Assembly: GCA_963663965.2 (NCBI GenBank)
Contig: CAXXFK010000001.1
Coordinates: 96,001-160,000, forward strand
Source: Sedimentisphaerales bacterium
GTDB lineage: Bacteria; Planctomycetota; Phycisphaerae; Sedimentisphaerales; SM23-30
DNA length: 64,000 bases
Direction: 5' to 3'
Shown here: positions 41,704 to 51,153 of the stretch, piece after piece
How the letters are laid out: the number at the start of each line of letters is the position of its first letter
Numbering within the stretch: the first letter of the stretch is position 1
Notes under the pieces: model-generated
Databases searched by the model: none
The model's input: the letters and a program-made list of their open reading frames with translations, nothing else
Told to the model about the DNA's origin: nothing
Program-made: the position numbers and the translations under genes

Positions 41704-42489
41704 ATGAATCGTGCCATGCAAATTCTCGCCCGTGCCCAATACTACCACCGCCCCGAAATCAACGACATTTTCCTCGCCACCATCAACACCACCCGCCGCC
41801 AACACCAGTACATCATCGACACCCACTCCTACCACTGCGAACTGGCCGGCCTGATCGCCTACGACCGCCGCGACTACAAACTCCGCGCCACCCGCGCCGG
41901 CCACCAGGCCCTCCAACGGCTCGTCGTCCAGTCCCGCTCTGACAATAATGTCACCGCCCGCCGCGCTACCGCCCAACTCATCCGTCAGTTCATCACCGTT
42001 TCCAACTCCTTCAAAGATTGCCTCCCCGATGGCCCGCCCACCGACCTGGAATACCAGCAGATCATCCAGCAATCCAAAGAAATCCTCTTCGACGCCGGCT
42101 ACCAGATCACCCCCGCCATCCAATGCGACCCCAACGCCACCCCCGAACCAGACAATCAACCCGAAACCCCTCCAATGCCAAACGAACCCAAAGTTGGCAA
42201 TAACGGCATTAACATAAACAATAACAAAAACTTAGAGGCGAACAACCCAACCCATAACAACCACCGCAACCCAAACGCCTATCCCATCGAACCCCAATCC
42301 GATCCATGGAACCAAACACCCCAACAATACAATCCCAACCACTCCAACTACCCCCCGGCGCCAAACGAACCCAACACCAACAATTACGACTATAACAACA
42401 ATCATAACAATGACTTAAATCCATTTATGCCGGCAGAAAATTCCCAGGACACCCCAACCAACACCTCCCTCAAATGCCGATATTACTAA
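41704..42489 (+). CDS. Hypothetical protein with a helical N-terminus and an Asn/Pro-rich low-complexity tail
   Basis: RBS GAGGTG before ATG 41704; the paralogous start at 36704 supports this ATG rather than the TTG at 41599. Confidence 0.65.
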   Translation: MNRAMQILARAQYYHRPEINDIFLATINTTRRQHQYIIDTHSYHCELAGLIAYDRRDYKLRATRAGHQALQRLVVQSRSDNNVTARRATAQLIRQFITVSNSFKDCLPDGPPTDLEYQQIIQQSKEILFDAGYQITPAIQCDPNATPEPDNQPETPPMPNEPKVGNNGININNNKNLEANNPTHNNHRNPNAYPIEPQSDPWNQTPQQYNPNHSNYPPAPNEPNTNNYDYNNNHNNDLNPFMPAENSQDTPTNTSLKCRYY

Positions 42490-42650
42490 TGTCACTCATT
42501 ACCAACAGGAATCTAAATCAACACAAACCCAATTTTACCCAAATTAACATTCGCCCTCCATACCCGGTTTTCAACCTCGCCCTTGACTTTTTGCCGCTTT
42601 GATGCAATTATTATATAGTAACTATTATTGATTAATCAACAGGCACACCA

Positions 42651-43073
42651 TTGCAGAACGAAGCCATTCAATATTTCAAAGACCTCTGCAAACGCCACAA
42701 CCTGAGCATCACCCCTCAGCGCATGGCTGTTTTCGAAGCATTCTCCCAGGCCAAAGACCACCCCACCGCCGACGAGATCTACGAAAAAGTCCGTGTCCGC
42801 TTCCCCAATATGTCACTAGATACCGTCTATCGCACCCTCTCTACCTTCGTCGAAATCGGCCTCGCCCAGATCGTCGAAGGCTACGGCGAAGTCAAACGCT
42901 ACGACCCCCATATCGCCCCCCACCACCATTTTCGCTGCTCAAAATGCAATAAACTATTCGACTTCAGCTGTGACGAATACAATAATCTGAAAATACCCGA
43001 TGAAATTCAAAACCAGTTCAATGTTTCTAAAATCAAAGTTCTCTTAGAAGGAGTATGTGAAGAGTGTAAATAA
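42651..43073 (+). CDS. perR: Fur-family regulator, PerR-like
   Basis: ITPQRMAV, HPTADEIY, TVYRTL, HHHFRCSKC, C-terminal CEEC; directly upstream of peroxiredoxin and bacterioferritin. Confidence 0.85.
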   Translation: MQNEAIQYFKDLCKRHNLSITPQRMAVFEAFSQAKDHPTADEIYEKVRVRFPNMSLDTVYRTLSTFVEIGLAQIVEGYGEVKRYDPHIAPHHHFRCSKCNKLFDFSCDEYNNLKIPDEIQNQFNVSKIKVLLEGVCEECK

Positions 43074-43091
43074 TATTTTTTTGCCACATAA

Positions 43092-43106
43092 TAAGAATAA
43101 TTCTTA
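43092..43106. promoter_or_regulatory. Fur/Per-box-like 7-1-7 palindrome
   Basis: TAAGAAT-A-ATTCTTA between the Fur-family gene and the peroxiredoxin. Confidence 0.65.
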
Positions 43107-43201
43107 CATAATAACTATAATTATAATTTAATAAAACTTTGTTTTGACTGAATATATTGTGACAAAAATAAACACAACTTTATCAATGAAAGGATTGTAC
43201 C

Positions 43202-43885
43202 ATGGAAGAAACCGCCAATCGAATCCCGTTAATCGGCGAGCAGGTCCCCGATTTTGTCGCCGAAACCACTCAAGGCACCATCAATTTCCCCGCAGATTAC
43301 AAAGGCAAATGGGTCATTTTCTTCTCCCACCCGGCCGATTTTACCCCGGTCTGCACCACTGAATTCATGACCTTCGCCAACATGCAGCAGGATTTCAAAG
43401 CCCTGAATGCCGAACTCCTGGGCCTCTCCATCGACAGCACCTACAGCCATATCGCCTGGCTCCGTACCATCCACGAAAAAATCTGCTACAAAGGCATGAA
43501 AAATATCGAAGTCACCTTTCCCGTCATCAGCGACCTCACCATGGAAGTTTCCAAAAAATTCGGCATGCTCCAACCCGGCGCCAGTAACACCCAGGCCGTC
43601 CGCGCTGTATTCATTATTGATCCCAAAGCGAAAGTCAGGGCAATTCTCTATTACCCGCTTTCCAACGGACGCAATATGGACGAAGTCAAACGCCTTCTCA
43701 TTGCCATGCAGCATTCCGATGAACACGGCATTGCCACACCCGCCAACTGGAACCTCGGCGACGATGTCATCGTCCCCCCACCCGGCTCATGCGGTAGCGC
43801 CAAAGAACGCGTTCAGGAAGCCGGCAAGGACTATGAATGCCTCGACTGGTTCATTTGCCTGAAAAAATGCCCGCATAAACCATAA
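43202..43885 (+). CDS. Peroxiredoxin (Prx6/archaeal-type AhpC family)
   Basis: FSHPADFTPVCTTEF, VRAVFIIDP, GRNMDEV, ATPANW, CLDWFIC. Confidence 0.95.
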   Translation: MEETANRIPLIGEQVPDFVAETTQGTINFPADYKGKWVIFFSHPADFTPVCTTEFMTFANMQQDFKALNAELLGLSIDSTYSHIAWLRTIHEKICYKGMKNIEVTFPVISDLTMEVSKKFGMLQPGASNTQAVRAVFIIDPKAKVRAILYYPLSNGRNMDEVKRLLIAMQHSDEHGIATPANWNLGDDVIVPPPGSCGSAKERVQEAGKDYECLDWFICLKKCPHKP

Positions 43886-43989
43886 ATGATAATCTGAAAA
43901 TAGCTCCCCTTGCGTCTCAAACATCGAATGCTATAATGTCTCTCAGTGTGTAACTAAGCAAAAAACTACTCGAGTTAAGGATATCCCTG

Positions 43990-44532
43990 ATGGCAAAAAG
44001 CGACAAAATCAAATCCCGTGAAAAAGTAATCGAAGTCCTCAACAAAGCCCGCGCCATGGAACTCCATGCCATTCATCAGTACATGAACCAGCATTACAAC
44101 CTGGATGATATGGATTTCGGCGAACTGGCCGCCAATGTCAAACTGATCGCGATCGATGAAATGCGTCATGCCGAAATGTTCGCCGAACGCATCAAAGAAC
44201 TCGGCGGCGAACCCGTCACCGCCATGGAAGGCAAAGTCGAAAAAGGCCAGGCCGTCGAAAAGATTTTCGTCTTTGACTCAGGCCTCGAAGATGACACCAT
44301 CGTCACTTATAACCAGTTCCTCTTGGTGGCCCGCGAAAACGGTGACAGCATCACCACCAAACTCTTCGAAACCATCATCGACGAAGAACAGGCCCATTAC
44401 AACTACTTTGACAACACCAACGGCCACATCGAAAAACTCGGCGCCGCCTATCTGGCCCGCATCGCCGGTACCCCTGCCGATAGCGGCCTCAATACCCAGG
44501 GCTTCGTCGCCCGCTCCGGCGGTAACGCCTGA
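43990..44532 (+). CDS. bfr: Bacterioferritin
   Basis: ELHAIHQY, DEMRHAE (heme Met) and DEEQAH ferroxidase ligands. Confidence 0.9.
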   Translation: MAKSDKIKSREKVIEVLNKARAMELHAIHQYMNQHYNLDDMDFGELAANVKLIAIDEMRHAEMFAERIKELGGEPVTAMEGKVEKGQAVEKIFVFDSGLEDDTIVTYNQFLLVARENGDSITTKLFETIIDEEQAHYNYFDNTNGHIEKLGAAYLARIAGTPADSGLNTQGFVARSGGNA

Positions 44533-44583
44533 TGACACGAAACAGACCCGGCAAATATTTCTTAAGTTACGCTGGCTGATCGG

Positions 44584-45750
44584 TCAGCGTAACTTTAAGG
44601 TCATCAACGCCAGTGCCGCGCAGGCAATCCCCATTAACCACATGCGGACCACAACCTGCGGCTCTCGCCATCCCTTTAAATGAAAATGATGATGGATCGG
44701 CGAACAGAGAAACACCCGCTTACCCCCGGTATATTTGAAATAGGTGACCTGAATAATCACACTCAGCACCTCCATAAAGAATACCCCACCCAGAATCGGC
44801 AGTAAAAGTTCATGGCGCGTGACTACTGCGGTATAACCGATTAAGCCCCCCAGCGGCAAGGACCCCACATCCCCCATAAAAACCTGGGCCGGATGACAGT
44901 TAAACCACAAAAATCCCAGGCAGGCGCCCAGCATGGCCGAACACAGGATCCCCAGTTCGCTGGCTCCGGGGATATGGGGCAATCGCAAATATTGGGCCCA
45001 GCTCTTTATCCGAATCGTCTGCTCAACCGGATCCACATAAGAAGTCATCGTCTCGCTGGACAGAAAACACAACACAATAAATACCAGGCTGACGATCCCC
45101 ACACATCCCGTCGCCAGACCATCCATCCCATCCGTCAGATTCACCGCGTTACTGGACCCGGTAATAACGATCATCGTAATAAACAGAAACCCCCAATAGC
45201 TCAACTGCAAACCATGCTTATAGAAAGGGATCCAGAGCATCTGGCCATCCTGTATCTCTTTGAATTCCACCCGGTAAAGTGATGACGCGATCAATACCCC
45301 CAATCCGATTTGAAAAACCAGTTTCTCCCACGATACCAGCCCGTCCCGGGTACGATTCTTAATCCGGGCTGTCAATTTCAGCCAGTCATCAATCCCGCCC
45401 AGCGTTCCCAGCCATACCACAACGAATAATCCTTTGATCACAAACTGATTCCGCAAGTCGGCCCACAGCAAAGTCCCGACCAGAATCCCCGCTAGAATAA
45501 TCAGCCCCCCCATCGTTGGCGTATTGGCTTTATGGCGTGTCAGCTCATTTAAAGAGGCATGATTCGTCTCCGGATTATCCCCGATTTTCTTCTTGATCAG
45601 CCAGCGAATAACGCGCGGCCCCATCCACAGCGACAGGAACAAACTCGTTAATAACGCTAATACCGAACGCAATACCACCTCACGCCAGGCATAAAAATGC
45701 AACGTGTTGTACATGAACTCCTGATAATGTTCAAATAACAGATATAACAT
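44584..45750 (-). CDS. mraY: Phospho-N-acetylmuramoyl-pentapeptide transferase (start probably at MLYLLF)
   Basis: TPTMGG, DDWLK, SNAVNLTDGMDGL, FMGDVGSL, PIHHHF. Confidence 0.97.
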   Translation of the reverse strand: MLYLLFEHYQEFMYNTLHFYAWREVVLRSVLALLTSLFLSLWMGPRVIRWLIKKKIGDNPETNHASLNELTRHKANTPTMGGLIILAGILVGTLLWADLRNQFVIKGLFVVVWLGTLGGIDDWLKLTARIKNRTRDGLVSWEKLVFQIGLGVLIASSLYRVEFKEIQDGQMLWIPFYKHGLQLSYWGFLFITMIVITGSSNAVNLTDGMDGLATGCVGIVSLVFIVLCFLSSETMTSYVDPVEQTIRIKSWAQYLRLPHIPGASELGILCSAMLGACLGFLWFNCHPAQVFMGDVGSLPLGGLIGYTAVVTRHELLLPILGGVFFMEVLSVIIQVTYFKYTGGKRVFLCSPIHHHFHLKGWREPQVVVRMWLMGIACAALALMTLKLR

Positions 45751-45912
45751 GAGCTGGATTACAGTTGCCTGTACTGCGATCGGTTCCGAAGAACGTAACA
45801 AAAGGGTTAACATTTAGCGTGGGGCCTTGAGCGCACCGTTAGATAACGCACTAAGCGCCAGTTATATTCCATATTTCACTTGTATTAATCTTTGCGAACG
45901 GTTATCGATTCA

Positions 45913-47313
45913 TTACCGCTTTTTCCCCTGCCAGCGTAATATCGATTCCACCACTTTTTCCATCTCCATACTACGGGATCCCTTAACTAAAACAAGATCG
46001 CCATTCAATAAAAGGGGTTTGACCAGCCGGGCCAGACGCTTGCTTGTGATGGCGCGTTGTACCCGGCTCTGACCCATACCGGATTCCATGGCCACCCGGG
46101 CGGTCTCAGCTGCATTCGGGCCAACCGTTAGCAGGATATCGATATTAGATCGCCCGATTTGACGCCCCAGTTGCCTGTGGTAATCCAGGGCATCCTTGCC
46201 CATTTCACCCATATCACCCAGGACCAACACCCGCCTCCGGGCTTCGGTCCGGCCGGATAATTCGCTCAAAGCCGCATGAACACTTTCCGGATTGGCGTTA
46301 TAGGAATCGTCGATCAAAGTAAGTCCATCGAGCTGATGCGTGACCATACGTCCGGCAACCGGCCGGAAATCAGCGATCGCTTCGGCAAATTGCTGGGTAC
46401 TGATCCCGAAACGGCGAACCACCAGTAAAGCGGCCAGGGCATTTCGGACATTATGAACACCCGGTACGGGAAGGCGAACCCGGCAATGATCATTGGTCTC
46501 AAAGGAGCATCCATCTCCGTCACGGCGAATATGACTGGCAAAAATATCCGAGTTCCCATCGACTCCATAGGTAATCAAGGGAAAATTAAATGTTCGCAAC
46601 CGCTCCAGGGTGGGTGGATGATTATTACTGCAGATTAATAATCCACCCGAACGTAATCCGGCGACAATCGCGGTTTTTTCTCTACTGACCCCGTCAACGG
46701 TCAGTAATCCCTGCAAATGAGAGGCGCCAACGTGAGTAATGACCGCAATATCAGGACTTGTCATCACGGCCAGCGGTTGAATTTCACCGGGAGCATTGGT
46801 GCCCAGTTCGACAACGGCGAAATCATGGTTGGTATCGATGCCAAATAACGTCAGCGGTACCCCGATGGCATTATTATAATTGGCGGGCGAACGATACCCC
46901 TTTTTAAACTGACTGAGCACATGATAAATCATTTCCCGGGTGGTGGTCTTGCCATTGGTGCCGGTAACCGCCACAATATGAACCGAACCAATCATTTTCT
47001 TACGATAAAAACTCGCCAGACTACCCAACGCCTCAATGCTGTCCGGCACCTGAAAAACGGTGAGTCCGGAGTGGCGAACCTTCTCGGAAAGCGGAATTTT
47101 TTTATCGATAATCAATGCGGCCGCTTTCTTATCGACTGCCTGGTCAAGAAACAGGTGCCCGTCAAACCGGGGACCGCTGACAGCAACAAACAATTCACCT
47201 TCTTTGATAGTTCGGGTATCGGTTGAAACCCCTTTTATCACACCACGCCCCAGGGGAGTCAGTAATTGGGTATTCAGAGCGTATTTGACTTCTTCCAGCA
47301 ACAAGGCTTTCAT
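45913..47313 (-). CDS. murF: UDP-N-acetylmuramoyl-tripeptide--D-Ala-D-Ala ligase
   Basis: VTGTNGKTTTRE, NYNNAIGVPLT, DDSYNANPES, LGDMGEMG, LVKGSR. Confidence 0.96.
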   Translation of the reverse strand: MKALLLEEVKYALNTQLLTPLGRGVIKGVSTDTRTIKEGELFVAVSGPRFDGHLFLDQAVDKKAAALIIDKKIPLSEKVRHSGLTVFQVPDSIEALGSLASFYRKKMIGSVHIVAVTGTNGKTTTREMIYHVLSQFKKGYRSPANYNNAIGVPLTLFGIDTNHDFAVVELGTNAPGEIQPLAVMTSPDIAVITHVGASHLQGLLTVDGVSREKTAIVAGLRSGGLLICSNNHPPTLERLRTFNFPLITYGVDGNSDIFASHIRRDGDGCSFETNDHCRVRLPVPGVHNVRNALAALLVVRRFGISTQQFAEAIADFRPVAGRMVTHQLDGLTLIDDSYNANPESVHAALSELSGRTEARRRVLVLGDMGEMGKDALDYHRQLGRQIGRSNIDILLTVGPNAAETARVAMESGMGQSRVQRAITSKRLARLVKPLLLNGDLVLVKGSRSMEMEKVVESILRWQGKKR

Positions 47314-48794
47314 ACTCTAATCTTTCCTTTTTCCTGCGGATGCCTGTCCAGGGCCAGCAGGTTACCAATGATTTCACGATCATCAAAATGATGAAAATCC
47401 ATACCAATTTGCTGATAGTCTTCATGGCCTTTACCCGCCACCAGCAAGACACCCTCCCGCGGGGTTACTGCCAGCGCGGCCTCGATTGCTTCACGACGAT
47501 CAGCGATCTCGATAATACGACGCCGATCCGGGGTGAATCCTTGTCGAATATCATTAAATATCTGATCAGGATCCTCACGGCGGGGATTATCATTCGTTAC
47601 GATTATTGCATTCGCCCATTTTTCTGCTACCGCAGCCATGCGAGGCCGCTTCGTCCGGTCCCGCTCGCCACCACACCCAAATACAACCGTCATATGCCTT
47701 GGTTGAAAACGAGCTAATGTCGACAGAGCGTGATCCAGAGCATCGTCAGTATGGGCATAATCAACCAGAATCGTCCGGCCTCCTTCAGGATCAGTAATTC
47801 TCTCCAACCGGCCGGGCACACCGGCAAATCCTGAAACTCCCTGGGCAATCGCGTCCAATTCACAACCCGCCGCCAGGGCCATTCCAGTCGCGGTCAGAAC
47901 ATTATAAATATTATGTGTACCGATTAATGGGCTTTGCACCGGTATGGTCTGACCAGATAACGACATCAGAAATCGACTGCCATCCAGCGTTTCTTCAATT
48001 TGGTGGGCATAAAGATCCGCATCGTCATTGAGTCCATACCAGAGAATATTCGCCTGAGTATTTTTTATCATCTCGGCGCCGGCTGGATCTTCCCGATTGA
48101 TAACCGCAGTTGCCCCGGTGTCAAGTTGATTGAATAAAATAGACTTGGCTGCCAGATAATCAGCCATGGTTCCATGATAATCCAGATGATCACCGGAAAG
48201 ATTGGTAAATGCCGCCGCATTAAAATGCATGCCCGAAGTTCGCTGCTGGTGTAAACCATGACTGGAACATTCCATCACCATCGCAGTTAATCCATTCCGA
48301 ACCATTTGGGCCATCATGCCGGCAAGACGAACAGGATCGGGTGTCGTATTGTTGGCTTTAAGCTTTTCACCCCCAAGATCGTATTCGATGGTCCCAACCA
48401 TACCGCATCCCTTTTGACTGATATTAAGGATATGCCGGATTAAATAAGCAACTGTGGTTTTTCCATTGGTGCCTGTTACGCCCATCGTAAACAGTTTTTC
48501 ATCCGGCTGGCCGGATGCCGCATGAGCCAACAATCCCAATATTCTGGCGCTGTCCCTGACCTCAATAGTGTCCGGACCAGATTTTATTAAATCTTCCCCT
48601 ACTATTAAACCGGCGCCACGTTTCCGGGCCTGATCGATATATCGGTGCCCATCGACACTGGTCCCGCGTACCGCAACAAAAATATCTCCCGGTTCTACCT
48701 GGCGGCTGTCCAGAGTCACTCGCCCGCTCAACCGGGCAGGCGCACCGGGGAAACCTATTTGTTTCAGACTGGATTGTAATTGCGGAGTGATCAT
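47310..48794 (-). CDS. murE: UDP-N-acetylmuramoyl-L-alanyl-D-glutamate--2,6-diaminopimelate ligase
   Basis: GVTGTNGKTT, MECSSHGL, DHLDYH, VDYAHT, DNPR (meso-DAP specificity motif), AGKGHE. Confidence 0.97.
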   Translation of the reverse strand: MITPQLQSSLKQIGFPGAPARLSGRVTLDSRQVEPGDIFVAVRGTSVDGHRYIDQARKRGAGLIVGEDLIKSGPDTIEVRDSARILGLLAHAASGQPDEKLFTMGVTGTNGKTTVAYLIRHILNISQKGCGMVGTIEYDLGGEKLKANNTTPDPVRLAGMMAQMVRNGLTAMVMECSSHGLHQQRTSGMHFNAAAFTNLSGDHLDYHGTMADYLAAKSILFNQLDTGATAVINREDPAGAEMIKNTQANILWYGLNDDADLYAHQIEETLDGSRFLMSLSGQTIPVQSPLIGTHNIYNVLTATGMALAAGCELDAIAQGVSGFAGVPGRLERITDPEGGRTILVDYAHTDDALDHALSTLARFQPRHMTVVFGCGGERDRTKRPRMAAVAEKWANAIIVTNDNPRREDPDQIFNDIRQGFTPDRRRIIEIADRREAIEAALAVTPREGVLLVAGKGHEDYQQIGMDFHHFDDREIIGNLLALDRHPQEKGKIRV

Positions 48795-48903
48795 CTTATC
48801 TCAATAACAGGTAGTCGGATCGAATAACAATTCGCTAAAACTACCAGGATTATGAATTATATACCCATAAATACGCATTGCAAGCATTTCAACCTTATTG
48901 AAA

Positions 48904-50742
48904 CTAACTCTCTGAACGGTTAACCGTATTTTCAGGCGGTACGCCCAGATAAAGTAAAATTTTGCGAATCATTTCGCGGGCCGCCGGTGAAGCCACAGCA
49001 CCCCCGGTATAACCTAATCCCAGTGAACGGTCAGGCTCCCGCACAATCACCAACACACAAATTCGGGTATTATGCTGTGGGGCTCCGGCTATGAATGAAG
49101 AGATCCATTTATCGGGCACGTAGCCACGTCCATTAGGATCAGGTACATTTGCGGTTCCGGTTTTACCAAATAACTGCCATTCTTCCAGATGAGCGCGATG
49201 CCCGGTGCCATCTTTGTTTTTTACCACATAGACCATCCCCTCATCAATGACCGCGCGCGCGGTTTTATAGGAAATAACCTGACCAGAAAAATTATCTTTA
49301 TCTGACAGCCGGATAGGAGTACCCGGCAGGGTAAAGGCATCAAAATTCTTTACTACCTGACCCTGATGAATAATCCCGTTGACGATTCGAGGTTTAACAA
49401 ATAATCCCCCATTCGCCAGACAACTGAAAGCTCGTATTAATTGAATAGGGGTAACCGCGATCGTCTGCCCAAAAGAAACACGGGTTATGGTATAACCAGG
49501 CCCGGGTAATGCTTTAAGCTGGTCTCTGATTGTCAGGATCTGACCATTCGATTTAACAACTTCACTGGGCAGGCCATTCCCCTCTCCCGGCAAGTCGATC
49601 CCGGTCTTACGCCCAAACCCAAACATCTCAATCATTCGATAAAAATAATCCGCCCCCATTTTCTGAGCAATTTTTGCCACTCCTATATTACTGGATTTGG
49701 CAATGATATCGCCCACACTGATAGTACCAAAATAGTTTTTGTATTCACGAATCCGGCCAAATCCCTTTCCGGTATAGGGACCTTCCAGGCAATCAATCCG
49801 GTCTTTAATGGATATATAACTCCCTTCTATTCCGGCAGCTACCGTAAATGGCTTGAAAGTACTGCCCGGTTCATAAGGATCGGTCAGAGCACGATTACGG
49901 CGTACTGACAAATCGCTTTTATGAGCCTGGTTCAAATCAAAAGTGGGATAATTGGCCAACGCAAGCAACTCACCCGTACTCGGATCCATAACAATAGCTG
50001 AACCGCTGGACGCGTGATAAGTCCGGACTACGGTCTCAAGCTCCTGTTCGACATACTCCTGAATGACAGAATCAATCGTCAAAACGACATTCTGGCCATC
50101 TGTTGCTGGTTCAGGATCACCCTCTGATCTTACCGGACGCCGTTTGACGTCGCTGGCCATATATAATTTCCCCGGTTTTCCGGCCAGATATTCATTATAT
50201 TGATATTCAATCCCTTCCACCCCCTGTTCACCGTTTATATCGGTATACCCGATAATATGTGCTGCCAGTGAACCTTGAGGATAAGTACGCTTATACACAT
50301 ACTCCACGACCACTCCGCGAATATCCAGCGCCTCAATTTGCTCAGCTTGCGTATCCGTAATCCACTGCTTGACACGCATATAGCGCTTTTCGGCGCGACT
50401 TTGTATGTCTGCGAGAAGCTGAGAGTAATCAATCGCCAGGATATCGGCCAGTTTCCGGGCAACCGACTCCTTGTCTTCCAGTAACAGGGGATCGACCCAG
50501 ACCGAAGGCCTTTTAACACTCACTGCCAGCATTTTCCCTTTCCGATCCAGAATACAGCCCCGACGCGGATTTTGTAAAATAATTTTAAGCTGTTGATGAG
50601 CGGCTTTCTGTTGAAAATCATCCGCCTGGCTATATTGTAAATACCAGCACCGGCCGGCTACGGCGCATAGTCCACTTCCCAGCAGGATTAGCAAAACCAA
50701 TCCCCGCAAGTGCAATACGCGTGTCCTTCGATCGTCTGTCAT
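48904..50742 (-). CDS. ftsI: Class B penicillin-binding protein (FtsI-like)
   Basis: N-terminal TM; RGCILDR; catalytic STFK, SSN and KTG motifs; dcw position. Confidence 0.9.
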   Translation of the reverse strand: MTDDRRTRVLHLRGLVLLILLGSGLCAVAGRCWYLQYSQADDFQQKAAHQQLKIILQNPRRGCILDRKGKMLAVSVKRPSVWVDPLLLEDKESVARKLADILAIDYSQLLADIQSRAEKRYMRVKQWITDTQAEQIEALDIRGVVVEYVYKRTYPQGSLAAHIIGYTDINGEQGVEGIEYQYNEYLAGKPGKLYMASDVKRRPVRSEGDPEPATDGQNVVLTIDSVIQEYVEQELETVVRTYHASSGSAIVMDPSTGELLALANYPTFDLNQAHKSDLSVRRNRALTDPYEPGSTFKPFTVAAGIEGSYISIKDRIDCLEGPYTGKGFGRIREYKNYFGTISVGDIIAKSSNIGVAKIAQKMGADYFYRMIEMFGFGRKTGIDLPGEGNGLPSEVVKSNGQILTIRDQLKALPGPGYTITRVSFGQTIAVTPIQLIRAFSCLANGGLFVKPRIVNGIIHQGQVVKNFDAFTLPGTPIRLSDKDNFSGQVISYKTARAVIDEGMVYVVKNKDGTGHRAHLEEWQLFGKTGTANVPDPNGRGYVPDKWISSFIAGAPQHNTRICVLVIVREPDRSLGLGYTGGAVASPAAREMIRKILLYLGVPPENTVNRSES

Positions 50743-50770
50743 AAACTAAAATCACCGGCAGGTCCGTGGT

Positions 50771-51061
50771 TCAGGGGCGATTTATACCTGCATCAGCATC
50801 ACCACTATCTTCTCCAGGAGGGTGGATATCAAGTTCCAATTCTTCCACCTGACGAACAATTTGATGTGGGGATTCGATTCGACGACTGATTTGAACCTGA
50901 TAGTGCCAGATTTCCTGTTGCAATTCTTTTTGTCGGTTGGTCATCCGGACCATTTCATAGACCGACTTCATATGTTCCGTTCGTAACTGAACGACTGCCA
51001 GGCCGAACAACATAGCCAGAGTAATCAGATATACGATCCGTTTTGCGCTAATCATATTCAA
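50771..51061 (-). CDS. FtsL-like small bitopic coiled-coil protein
   Basis: Single TM followed by a coiled coil, immediately upstream of ftsI. Confidence 0.6.
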   Translation of the reverse strand: MNMISAKRIVYLITLAMLFGLAVVQLRTEHMKSVYEMVRMTNRQKELQQEIWHYQVQISRRIESPHQIVRQVEELELDIHPPGEDSGDADAGINRP

Positions 51062-51153
51062 TAACGATAGGATTCAAACTCAATGCTTATGATATCAAAA
51101 TGATATTGTTATCACGGGGATAAAAGATAACCCGCTTTTAAATCAATATGGAA

